Both the position numbers and the translations under genes were made by a program. A stretch of 62,303 bases of DNA, filler included, from Sphacelaria rigidula (taxonomy: Eukaryota), in the NCBI GenBank assembly GCA_964200075.2. It is 8 parts of 8 records of this genome, joined end to end, with 100 filler letters (N's around TTAATTAATTAA, not from the genome) between each part and the next. Parts side by side here need not be neighbours in the genome. Positions count along the whole stretch, not along the records: positions 31,205 to 38,904 come from CAXNAA020013747.1; positions 39,005 to 46,704 come from CAXNAA020013748.1; positions 46,805 to 54,504 come from CAXNAA020013749.1; 5 more parts are not named here. One strand, written 5' to 3'. Of the stretch, positions 35,961-47,939 are shown in pieces. The notes below the pieces were generated by a model. The model saw only the letters and a program-made list of their open reading frames with translations. It was not told where the DNA came from and did not search any database. Position 1 is the first letter of the stretch; the number at the start of each line of letters is the position of its first letter.

Positions 35961-36302
35961 AGTTGCGGTGGGACCAAATTATTTATCGCCTTTTGGAGGA
36001 ATGATACTTGGTTTGGGACTGAACACGGATAATACACGTTACAATACGACCTACTGTCTGTTACCTAAAGTTCACCTGGATGCTCCGCAAATATAGAGAA
36101 AATAATACAGCAGAAACCCTCACGACTTTACACCCACCCGCACTCAAGTGCGGACAAAGTCAGTATCAGTTGTATATCTTCGCCGGACTCAGCAGCAAGA
36201 AACAGTGAGCGTGCATCGTTCTGCGCTGAACACAGTCTACTGCACGCTACTGGTGTCTCTACATAGTGTTCCACAGCAACACTACAGTGTGAAGCTATGT
36301 TG

Positions 36303-36559
36303 CAAGGGTCGGACAAATAATGATTCGTCTGGAAATTGCTTGGTTTTAGTATAATTGATTCAACTCGTACGAATCAATCCCTAGGCTTTGTTTTTAGCAT
36401 TTCAACCCAGGTACACGCAGCTCAGACACGTGGAATGGCGCAAAAGTTGCGTGGATACCCCTTGGACCAGCGGTCAACTTTTTTCTCCCTTTTAAGCGAT
36501 CAGGCCGTAGAAATCGTGGATTTGGTGATTCGTAGTCGTGATGATACGTCCTTACCGTG
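36303..36559 (+). mobile_element. hAT-type MITE family B
   Basis: CAAGGGTCGGACAAAT...CCTTACCGTG; 8-bp TSD ctatgttg / ccatgttg (7 of 8 match). Confidence 0.85.
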
Positions 36560-38904
36560 CCATGTTGGCAACACAAGAGGGGTCAGGCAGGCGGCAAAGA
36601 CAGGCCACGAGTAAAAAGTACGTCGTTTGTGCCCATGCGATTCATGATTTGTGATCAGAATGATTCTCCTGGTCTGCAACAACTTCTGTGCAACCCGTAT
36701 AGTATACACGTCACATTAATCGCTGTCTGTGTCAAGGCGCTCAAAATACTATTTATTTGTGCATATGTTGCTGTGCTGACCTCAAAAGAACACCATTACT
36801 ACACCATCACACGTTGATTCATCATGTTCTGGGTGTGTGCTCCGGTGTTTACGCGAGCAGCGAGGTGGCCGGTGTAGTGTGTGTTGCCGGGAGGACGATT
36901 ACACGTTATACGTCACGCCTGTTGGCCAATAGCATATCCCATTAAAAGTCCAAACCGAGCAAAACGCAAACATCGGACTTTGGATTGACTTTGGGAGTCT
37001 TACGCCAAAAAACTAAAAAAGCAAGTCAACAGCCAAAATTCCCGCATACAAAAATCATACGCCCTTCATGTATCTTTCGACGGTTTAACAGGGTTTAGTA
37101 CTGTATTTTCAGTACAAATCAAGGGTTATTTTGCTTGTGGGTTTCTCCGCCGTGCCTGTTCTAACAAGCCTGAAACTTGCCACAGGGGTACACCACAACA
37201 CAGACAGCATATTCCCGGAGCGGCGGCACGTTTTACGTGGTGCGCTAGACGCACGAAGCAAAATACGGATTTGGGGCAATGCCATCGATACGCCCTCAAA
37301 ACGCAGTCCCCTCGGCCCAGACTGCGTGAGACGTCAGTGGATGCATATGTTGACACGCAGATACGCTCACTTCCTGCTGGGTGGCTCCTGCCTCGGCAAA
37401 CGAACACATCTATCCGTATTTTGCACACTCTGGATGATGTCATTCTACGCGGTACCTATCTTGGTATCGCCTGTAGAGGTGCTCACTTTAGGAGACACGA
37501 CCGTGCAAGCGCTGTCAGTGCTTTCACGTGCTGAAATTTCGACCACATGTCATGTAGACTAGAAACAACAACCCCATCTTGCTGAATCTGGGGTTGCGCG
37601 GTGTGTGCGTGCGTATTGGGGCGAAAATATGTCGGATTCTGTTCCGATTTTTCTTTTTTTTTTGGCGTAAGACCGTTGGACTTCGGGGGAATTACAAAGT
37701 CCAAGTCTTGACCCGAACTTGGTCTGCGAAAACACCGTAATCAATGGAAACTTTCGGCGAAACAATTGAACCTGGGTTGAATAAAATGGGGCTTTCTTCC
37801 TGCGTTCAACACCTGGAAAATGTCGAATGTCCTCGGCTCAAGCCCAGAAGGTGGAAGCCCATCTAATGTCCTGGACTTGGTTTTCGAATCGAATAAAAAA
37901 TAGGTGCCACAGATTTTGCTACTGAGACCTGACTAGACCGGAACAAGCGCTTCGACCGCGTCCCACAAGTGTGGAGGATACAATGCGGCGTTGCAGGTGC
38001 TGCGAGTAGGAACATCGCAGCTCAGCTGGCGTTAGCTCGCGCAGGTACAAACCTCCGCACAGGTAGTTCAGCAGTGCAAGTTCTCAGTACAGCGTACCAT
38101 CAAGACAGAAATGCTTCAGACCAGCGCTGTACTTGGAGAGCTATTCGGGTACGAGCGTTGGTTACGTGTGCAATGCACTCCTCGACAACCTTTGAATCCG
38201 TACCTGTGTCAACGGGTCCGCCTACTTCTGCGACGCAGGGATCCGTGTTGTCTTGACGGGAGATCTGCTGAATACACACGTTTACGTCACTTGTGTTGCA
38301 AAATGTAGGGAAGCGCTGTTGAAAGCCCTTGCGTGCGCGACTATCGCGGTACAGCCCCAGCCGTCTCTAACGGACCACAAGCTGGACCAGTCAACAGACG
38401 TGCCGTTCGTGACACGGAAAATGACCAATGAATTACACAATTTAATTCAATATAACAGGATTTTTTCAATTCCGAGACTACCTCATGGGCACAAAACCGG
38501 ACGCTGGCCAATAGCAGACTTCCCCTGCTCGCCGCTTCTCTCTACAGCTTCCTCCCCAGTTCCAGCCCCGGATCGCTAGGTGAGATAAATTTGGGGTCGA
38601 TCAATGTTCATTTTCTCAGCTGCGGAAGTAATACAGGCGTCACCGAACACATCCGAATCTCATCACGTAGCTGGTCTGGTATGTGTTACTCTGAGGGGCA
38701 ATATCTTGTACACCACGACGTGCCACAGATGAAATGTGTACATCCGGGCGAGGTTATCTTTCCTGGGCTTGAAAGCATCCATCTCAGCTATCCCTCACTT
38801 TCGCTCTGGAATCCCATTCTAGACTTCGAACAACGAGCTGGGCCAGCCTAGAGGCTGCATGAACGTTTGCAGGCGGATGCGCCGGCCAATATTTGCAGTT
38901 AGAC

Positions 38905-39004
38905 NNNNNNNNNNNNNNNNNNNNNNNNNNNNNNNNNNNNNNNNNNNNTTAATTAATTAANNNNNNNNNNNNNNNNNNNNNNNNNNNNNNNNNNNNNNNN
39001 NNNN
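38905..39004. other. artificial contig linker
   Basis: same 100-bp string. Confidence 0.97.
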
Positions 39005-39106
39005 AGCGAGTAAGGGGGTTGGGGGGGGGGGGGGGGGGGGGGGGGGGGAGCTATGCATCGAAACAGTGGTGGAGGTTGTTGGTAACGTGGGGCAATATAA
39101 CGAATT

Positions 39107-42100
39107 TTGAGGTCTGCTAACCCTAGTAACAGTAAGATACCTCAGATGAAAATTCCAGGGTCGGCGGTAATTCCTATTATTTTCCGCACAAAGGATAACT
39201 TAATAAAGGTATGGGTCCGGGTGGTCCATGGATTACCATATGGATTTATTTCGGCAGCGAGTTTCTCCAGGAGGAACAAGAGCACGTCATCTTTCGAAGG
39301 GCGATCGAGATTTCGGCTTTCGCCGGAGGCGCCGTGAGTACGGTTCGTGTCTGATAGTCCCCCAAACTCGGAGCTGTTGACACCGACCACCTCACCAGCC
39401 AAGGAGATTCAGCAACTTTGAACCTCTTCCGTGCTGTCAAGCCAAGCGCGCTCGGTGACGACTCGACAGTAAGGTTGTCTGATTGGAGCGTACTGGCAGC
39501 ATTGAATGAGGTGTGGAAAAGCCTTGGAGTGACATGGAGGACGATACTACGCTGCAGTGGCTGCTGCATCTAACGGAGGACGTAGGCTCAGAAGGTTTGG
39601 CTAGCAAGCTAGTCCCGGGCTACGTGCGATCGACGCTAGCATGGGCAGCCGCCTGCGTCAGGGTTCGAAAGAAAGACGGACGGTAGTTTTCCGACTATGT
39701 CAAGATTATCGTGGACTGAACCAACTTCTTGAGTCGTACAGCGGCAGCTGGAGGGATATGTAGACCATGTACAGTGGGCTAGCAGAATCCAAGTACTCTA
39801 GGAGTGTTGATTTAGCGAATGGGTGTTTCCAGTTGAAGGTGGAGGAAGTATTTTGGCAGCCAAAGAGTTCGTAGAAGTGATACGCTGATGCGGACTGGTA
39901 GGCGTTGGATTGTGTTGGAATATATCAGATTGGAGAGGGAGTCAGGCTGGTACATCCGAGTCCGAGGCGCGGTTCTTTCCACAACCTTGTGGAAAAAGTG
40001 CAACCACAAGTGTTGGTAGGGGATACAAGTCGGGTTGCACCATTCGAATGGGCCGAGCCGGAGTCAGCATCAGCCAGTGTCGTCAAAAAGTTGGTCGAGT
40101 CATTCCTCTCACCAACCTCTGTGACAACGCTGATCTTGGAGAGTACTGCTGTGATAGTGCGCTCTCCTGGTGAGAACGAGCTCGTTGCTCCGTGTTGAGC
40201 GGAGCTGGGGGTCTCACTGAGCAGGCCTCAGTATCAGCCGTGCAGGTGGGCGCACCGTATCGGAAGAGACGGACCTATGTGGTCGCCTTGAAAGCTGATC
40301 GTCGGAGGGAAGGACAACTGCGAGCGTGGAAGCAGCGAGTGAAAACGTACACCGTCGCCTGCCCCACGTTGGGTTAGCGATTAGGGCGGACAAGTATTTA
40401 TTTTTCTGGTACCGACAGGACAGGGCGAGGCGATTCACACTTCCGAGAATCCGATGCCCAGATTATTTCATTCTCAGTTGACGAAGGGAAAGCCAAGGCG
40501 CGAGGACTCCAGACCCCATGGAGCGGACGCAAGTGGATAGGAAGAAGCAGTCGAGCTGAAAAGAGACGATTTCGTGAAAGTTGCGATTACTCTTGACTGC
40601 TACGAGACACCACGTCGGTGAATAACAACGCCATGCCATAGATTGTGGCACATTTCGTTCACCCGTGGATGATGAAGGCGGTTCTATCAAGTAGAAGCGG
40701 AAGGTTTGTTTAGCCTGACTCATATCCAGGGTGAGGACGAGGATTTGAGCACGCTCGCTACGATGTGGCCTCGTGACGAAGCAGAGTTACCAGAGGCTTG
40801 GGGAGCTGCTGTAACTCGTTCGTCGGTGCAAGAGGCAGAGCGGGAGTCAGGCCAAGGCCCTGGTGGGGGGGGGCGTACTCATTTGTTGCTTGCCTTAGTC
40901 GTGTGACCATTGACCACGCATCCCTTTCGAGACGGAGCAGAGGCCCTGGTGGGGGGGAGGCTCCACCTGAGGAGCCACGGATACCAGGTAAAGGTAGACC
41001 TCAGACCGTTCTCGAGCAGGCGAGAGCGATTCTGGTGAAGAAGCCGCAACTAGTTTTGCTGCAAGAGCGGGACTCCCGGCTTGAGCTCATCAGAGAGAGG
41101 TTCATGTTGGAGAAAAGGACGAAGGTACAGGTAAGAGGCAGAAAGCGTACGTTCCAAAATGATGATCTTCTATGGTATACCTCACCTAGGGCGCCAGGTA
41201 AGTTGGACACCAAGTAAGTTGGCTATTCCACGCAGTCTAGTACCTGGCCTGCTCGCGTTGGTGCACACTACGCATGGGTACGCCGGAGTGATGAAAACGA
41301 CTGTAGTGGTCAACGCACGCTATGAGTGTCCCGGGCTTTTCGCCGATACTTGCACACACGTGCTGTCTTGTGGATGTCTCCGACGCAAACGTACTGATGG
41401 TCGCACCATAATGGTGCGACCCGCCCGCTTCTTGTAGTTCTGGCAGATGATGTAGATGAACATATCGGACATAAAGCAGACTTCTACTTCTGGTAATAAG
41501 TACTTGTCGGTTGTTATGGATTGAGCAACCAAGAGAATTTCACTAGCAGCCCAAGGTTACTGAGCACGTAGTTAAGGGTCTGTTGGAACTGTTCTTGACG
41601 CTCGAAACGCTCTATTTCCTTTGAAGTGACGCTGCGGGGGAGTTCGTTTTAGCCGAGCTATGTGAGCCGTGTCTATAATGGGGGGACGAGTATGTGTATC
41701 CTGCTGTATGGATTCATCATACTACTTCCGACCAGTCACTGCTGCATAGCTCAACGCGATTAATGCTGCTTTTGAGCGCGAGCCTCGCACCCAAGTCGAC
41801 TCTGTGTCACCTGGAGCAGAATCCCTACCGTTGAATAACACGGTAGAGCAACAGCGACGAATATTTGAAGGACTTTCATGAGCTGTTGACCCAACGCCAC
41901 CGGCGTAGGGAAGAGGTATAAGATATGATGCTAGTCAAAGAGTCTGACAGCTCCCTTCTGAACGAAGATGTACCGGCCAAATTTGTACATGACTTAAAGA
42001 CTGGGCCAGGGACGGTGCAGCACAGAGCAGGGGGTGATACCAGGTCTCAACCTTGAGGTCACAATGCAGGTGCGTAAAGTACAAAAGCGAACGGTGTTCG
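39107..42100 (+). mobile_element. decayed Ty3/Gypsy LTR retrotransposon pol region
   Basis: RT motifs VRKKDG...RLCQDYRGLNQLL and SVDLANGCFQL (39660-39845); integrase zinc-finger and core remnants LAIPRSLVPGLLALVHTTHG...SCGC and SGNKYLSVVMD (41220-41530); RT precedes integrase; many stops and frameshifts. Confidence 0.85.
40872..40940 (-). mobile_element. 69-bp 5'-truncated LINE family 1 insertion inside the Gypsy element
   Basis: flanked by a perfect 17-bp TSD AGGCCCTGGTGGGGGGG at 40855-40871 and 40941-40957. Confidence 0.9.
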
Positions 42101-42511
42101 CGGCCAACGTGGAGAAATTTCATGTGCACCCAGAACAGCTGCAGCATTCAGGTCCAGGCGAGGTCTGTTAGCTAGCTTGGGGGGGCACATTTGGGGTTGG
42201 CTGAGGACATCACGTCCACACGTCTACTATATACTCTGACGGATGGGGAAGCAGTGCTGGGCTCAGGATCGTCGTGAGTGTGAGAATATCAACGGTTGTT
42301 TCACGACGGAGCTGAACCACACTGGCTTTCAGAGGAGAGGATGTGGACAGTTTCACTGAGTTACAGTTGGACGTGTTTCCATGTCTTGTGGGAATTCTAT
42401 CAACCGCAGACCAGGCCACGCCCATCCGATACACCATCTCGAGCAGAGAGGGGCTCAATTGCGCGGTAGATCCCCGATGTACCAAGATCCGCAAACGGTT
42501 TACGGACAGTC

Positions 42512-42867
42512 CAGAGCGGTCAACACGATCAAGGACTTCTCCGGATTGGATGGGATCGTTTCTGTACGGTGTTCAAATTTCCTACGTGGTCTAACCCGGC
42601 AGAGCGGTCAACAAGATCAAGGACTTCTCCAGACTGGATGGGATCGTTTCTGTACGGTGTTTAAATTCCCTACGTGGTCTAACCCGACAGAGCGGTCAAC
42701 AAGATCAAGGACTTCTCCGGACTGGATGGGATCGTTTCCGTATGGTGTTTAAATTCCTTACGTGGTCTAACCCGGCAGAGCGGTCGACAAGATCAAGGAC
42801 CCCCCCTGGGCGGGATAGAATCGTCCCTGCACGGTGTTGAAATGCCCTACACGGTATAACCCAGCAG
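42512..42867. repeat. 88-bp tandem repeat, four units
   Basis: cagagcggtc starts at 42512, 42600, 42688 and 42776; units 1-3 are nearly identical, unit 4 is diverged. Confidence 0.95.
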
Positions 42868-42996
42868 AACGATTTCAAGCTCGACGGCTACACCAAGACG
42901 CCGAGTACTCGGGAAGAGGGACATGGTAACGCGGCGATCCATCGTGTGAACCACGTTCAGTCCCAGGGTTTTTCAACCCTAAAACTGAGGGTATTA

Positions 42997-43370
42997 TGTT
43001 ACGGATCGCGGCGTGGCGTGGTGGATAAGGGTAGTACGATGATGGGCCGTCGATTCAAAACGACTTACGCGCCCGGAGGGCTGATTGCGGGAACGGGCTA
43101 GTACCGCAGTCAGGGGTGAGACGTTATGTAAATCCGTCGAGAGACGGAATACACAACCATGCCTCTTTACATCTGGTTGGATCCGGTTCTTTCCGAGGAC
43201 CAACCCAATCGGGTGCACCCTGGTGTCCACTCCTTTTCGGAAGTGCGAAGTCTCGACACCACCAATGAGAGAAAGAGAAAATAAATCGGCCTTGATCTGT
43301 GACCAAGCATATCGTGACGTTCGTCCTGTGTCATTCTACGTTGGACTTACCCACATGCTGTGAGCTTACG
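42997..43370 (+). mobile_element. probable 3' LTR of the Gypsy element (right boundary approximate)
   Basis: TGTTACGG follows the weakly purine-rich aaaactgaggg; AATAAA at about 43279; no second LTR in the contig to confirm. Confidence 0.4.
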
Positions 43371-44244
43371 ATTGTTTCAAGAGAAACGGTAAGACAGTAA
43401 GGTGTTTGATTTCAGCAGCGAGCAGATGCTAGAAGGTTGACATGATAGTAAAATCGAACTGTGCCAAATGGAATGGTGAAATGTGTAACCATATAAAATA
43501 GTAAAAGTGAGTCATATTTGCGTGAGCTAGCAAAACCTTGTATCCTGCATAACCGAAATGCTATTGTTGTTCGCTCTAGTACTCGACTTGTACAGTAGAG
43601 ACACGCATGTGGACGACCACTATGGCCAACACTACTCCGTTTGTATCAATTATATTTGCACATGCGTACGCACTGAAGTAAAGTTACTCCGCGACCGATT
43701 CAGATCTGCACCCCGACGTTTCATCCTCAGCCCCTTCTGGCTGTGACTATTTTTTCACTTGAATTTATTGGGGATGGTGCGTTGCCCAGGACGTACTCCA
43801 TCGATTGATAAGTTTGATCTTGGCGGTTCTCCACGGTCACGTGTGCGATTTGAGTGCCGGTTGTTACGTTGGGTGCGCACAACCCCAATGCATTGCACTG
43901 CAAGCTTCATTTCAGGGCACGTCCCGCAGTCAGATCAGTAGGTCGGAAATTATATTCAAATCATATGTTTTTTTCAGGATTAGGGGGTGCGCAATCAAAG
44001 AGGGAGGATAAGGAGCTCGCCATGGGCCGCGTGTGGAGGGTCCCTAACAGGATTTAGGGTGTGAACAGGGAGGGTGTTGCCTGCGCGCGCGATCAACCCG
44101 TCGAGAGATTGGATCGTAAAAGCAAGTGCATTTTTGCGGAGCATCCAAAGACGTAACAGGAAAAGGGGAATTTTGTCTGTGGTCGTTGTGATTTCCTCGA
44201 ATAGCCCGGACACGTTCTTCGCCCCGCTTAGCACTACAGTTGTA

Positions 44245-44563
44245 GTGTGTGTGTCTATTGTCATCCCCCTTGGACTGGGCACCAGTCTACATCTTCCGAG
44301 ATATGTGGGCGCATCAGCCGGGGTCACACAGGAGGAAGGTCAAGACAGGAGCTTTTTCTGTTTTATTCGTTTTTAGTACCCCACAGGCCTTTTGCGGTGC
44401 TTCCCTTTACTTTTCATCGCGAAAGGGGTTCAGCAGTACCTTTCCCTCGTCGACCGTTAAGTCAAATTGTGTGTACAAAGACTCCAGATCGCTCCGGGAA
44501 TCGAATCCCCCTACTCAACCATCAGAGGGTTACGAGGTTGCTAACTGAGCCACCGGGGCGACC
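44245..44563 (-). mobile_element. SINE family A
   Basis: minus strand ggtcgccccggtggctcagttagcaacctcgtaaccctctgatggttgag...ttcgattcccggagcgatc, family body, (CA)n tail. Confidence 0.8.
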
Positions 44564-46127
44564 GGTCAGGTCACTGTAGTGCGACATGCAATCAGTAAAG
44601 ATACTTAAATACAGTACTTACATACGCAGCCCCAACCGAGGTGCCTTAAAAAAAAATCCTACTATTTTTAGTCACACGGGTTTGATGTATCACCACGCAC
44701 TCGCTAGTCGTGGGCAATTTCACGGTTAATGAGTGGTGGTTCTGGCGTCTGTGTCGCGTCGTGCAAGAGGCGCCACACCTATCCGGTGTGTACTGTACAC
44801 TTCAAGATACGTGGAAGATCTGAACACTCCGACTCAACACGATGCTTTGGCCAATCCGAGCCGCATCATCGAGGGGACGGTGCTCCACAACACAATTTTC
44901 GGCGCCTCGTAATATCATCCTTTCCTGGTTTGCAGAAGTGTTCTCGCTGATTAGTTGCACGTCTAGTTTTGAGGTGGCGATTTAAAATCTGCGTTTATAT
45001 TGCATTGGTATCTATAATATTGCCCTACGAACCAATGTCCGCCGCCAGCTTCAACTCTCCATCCCGCAACCATCGCACCATTACACCGGATTAAAGTCAA
45101 CCCCAGGATCACACAAGGTATATGCAGGACCATCATTGGTAGTAGTGAAACGACCGCCCGTACGCTCCCTGTACGCCGAGCGGCGATATCATGACATGGA
45201 GAATACCCATGTCATGCAGGACAACGATATGCCAGCGTCACACCAAAACTAACAGCTCATAAAGCAAATGGCGAAAACAGCCTAGCGTTCGAAATCTCAT
45301 TTTTCGCTCAGTCTTCCATGCATCCACGCGGTCATCCACCTATACGCCGCACAGAGAAAACCGACACGGACAGAGGACGAAAAAATTGTTGGCCGCAACG
45401 CTTCAACCACGCACATGACTATACGAAACATCCGCGCACACCTTACCGGGGCGTTAGTGTCCGATGCGCAAGGGTCGACGCATCCACTTCTTCGCATTAC
45501 AGTTAACCTCTTGTGAAGGGTTGCGCTAAACTATTCATGTACTACCCTCCTCGTTCATGGAATCCCGGGATACTCGATGTGAATCGCCACGCGTACCCAG
45601 CACTCTTAGAACACCTCTGGGGTAAGCATCTCAGCGATTCAACTTCAACCGTAATGCGTGCAAAAGGCACAGATCGCACACCAGCTTAGTGGGAATATTA
45701 CCGTTGATTTCAACACACGCTAAAAACTTCGGGGGAAACTCGTACTGAATAGAACTGGTTCATATCCTACCACCGGAACCGACCCTGGAACTACTCGATC
45801 GAGGAACTCGTAAGATCCGCGCTGCAGGAGGTGTTCAAACGTGAAAATCAACGGACAACATACTATGAATCCGGCATGAAATGAAAAAATGAGGCACCTC
45901 GTCATCCAGGGGTTGGTACGACTACAGGAATATTTTCTCTCAAAAACTGAAACTTTCGGAAAAAATGAAACGAACTCGAAAGTTCATTTCAACTTTGATA
46001 AGCATGCAAAGCTTCTTGAAAAGCCAGCGGCTCACATTTCGCCAATATATCGGAAGACTCACGCCCCCCTGTGCCATACGCCGAAACATCCGGCCACATA
46101 CCCCCCCCCCCGCGCGGACCTATTTTG

Positions 46128-46422
46128 TCAAGACTTCGAGCTACCCCAAACCGACGACAACGATCCGGAAATGCTACCGAGTATCCCTACATCCTCCTTG
46201 GCCGCCGCAACCTCCGCTGCACAACCTTCACCACATTCGTGTGATTCATTCAGGTCGCCTCCGCTCGCTGTGACGGTACCTGTCTCGCCCCCTGCTTTCT
46301 TGTTCGAGGCGACTGCTGATGCGACGGCGGCCTCCCCTGCGCTTTCTCCCGTTTCGACTGCTTCTTTCAACTCGGCGGCGTCACCCCCTTCCTCAAGCCG
46401 TTTCTTCTCTTGTTGCGCTTTC
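46128..46422 (-). CDS. terminal exon of an unknown gene (Ala/Glu/Gly-rich)
   Basis: acaacag|G AAA GCG..., KAQQEKKRLEEGGDAAELKEAVE...SLSSVWGSSKS then stop; protein-like composition; acceptor choice uncertain. Confidence 0.5.
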
Positions 46423-46704
46423 CTGTTGTTTTTTAATGGTCCAGAGAAGGGATTCGAATATTGGTGCCTCCAGCTCATCAACCATCTCGTACTCATCTTA
46501 TTTGTTTTTTGGCAAGATCAACGTGTTGACCTCTACATGATGGGGGACATTTTCTACACATTTATGCGTCCATGGCAACTTATCACGACGTGACAAGATT
46601 ACATTGACCGCTCAACGACTCAGGCGCGATATACTCTTGACGTCAACGGGCCCTAGCACCGGAACTCGTTAGGGCTGGGCCTGCCTAGAAACGGATTCAA
46701 GCTC

Positions 46705-46804
46705 NNNNNNNNNNNNNNNNNNNNNNNNNNNNNNNNNNNNNNNNNNNNTTAATTAATTAANNNNNNNNNNNNNNNNNNNNNNNNNNNNNNNNNNNNNNNN
46801 NNNN
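46705..46804. other. artificial contig linker
   Basis: same 100-bp string. Confidence 0.97.
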
Positions 46805-47282
46805 GAAGGAGGCTCCAGCAGAGGGGGGGGGGGGGGGAGTGGGGGGGGTTTGATTGTTACGAGGTGGGGGGGGGGGGGGGGGGGTTTGAACCATTTCTTC
46901 CACGAAATTCTAGTTCAAGTCGTCGTTAAAAGTAGCAACGGTTGTTCATACACCCTTGTCACCGACAAACAGCATTCATTCATACTGTCTGACACCGTTT
47001 TTACCCAATACAATCGCACCGCGAGTATATGTTAGTCCATTTTCTCGTGGAATGAACCCCCCCCCCAATCGTTGCATGACTCTCTCACCAAAGTGCAGTC
47101 AAAATCACTTGCTACAAGAGCGATCAAGTAATTACATGAAACCAACGTAGTGCGGGGTCCCCGCATAGTGGGGTCATGCTAGGCCGGCGACCCACTGCAC
47201 CATGCTAGCACCCCCCCACTGTGCCGAAAATAAACCAATATCACTCCCCCCCACCTCCTCCCCCCTCCAAAAATAGACATAC

Positions 47283-47476
47283 CTCCATAGCTCTGCAGGT
47301 TGAGAATCACGACGCCCCTGTATCCCGGATCGATGGTGACATGTTCCCATTCCCCTCCTGCCTCACGCCTCATGCGGAGATCCAGATATTGAGACACGAA
47401 CGGCGGAGGAGGCCGTGAGTCACAAGGAATGCCTCCAGCAGCGGGAAACCCCTTGCGTCCGTACCACGTTTGGTTC
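47283..47476 (-). CDS. DGK: diacylglycerol kinase, accessory-domain exon
   Basis: gtatag|G AAC ... GGA G|gtatgt; NQTWYGRKG...WEHVTIDPGYRGVVILNLQSYGG matches the DGK LNxxSYGGG motif. Confidence 0.9.
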
Positions 47477-47939
47477 CTATACCAGATGGGAGGGGGAAAG
47501 GGGTGGAGATTCGCTATCCATTGTCGTCCATCATGATTTTATTAGCGTGATCTTGCGATAAGGAGGGGAGGGGGGGGATCTCATGCCGTAGTCATTAGAC
47601 CATTGACCTCGCATCCCTCCGGAGCCGGGATGGAGCGCGCCGGGTTTTCGTCGAACCATACTCGCAATCACTAAACGCGAAGCGCCGTAATGTGGTCGGC
47701 GACTCACATGGAGGCTTAGCTGCTTTCTATCAAGCTTGCTCGGTCCGAAGCGTATTATCTTTCCTGCACATGGACGACATTCTCGAATGAATAGTTTGAT
47801 TTGTTAGTATCACCACTTCCAGGGATAGCTACAGTTTACACTGCCTCACGAGTGTCTCGCCAATAAACCCTTGCTCGAATGACTTGCTTGATTTGTTGGC
47901 ATCGCCACTTCCAGGGATAGCTACAGGTTCATTAACCTA

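Noticed and set aside
38620-38820. Minus-strand peptide loosely resembling a P2X7 C-terminal-like transposon-associated domain
   Set aside because: It needs a frameshift and rests on a handful of residues, which is too weak without a profile search.
42512-42867. CRISPR-like array
   Set aside because: Units are repeated over their whole length with no unique spacers and there are no cas genes; the same applies to 4367-4630.
45889-46593. 234-aa plus-strand ORF
   Set aside because: Most likely the antisense shadow of the minus-strand terminal exon 46128-46422.
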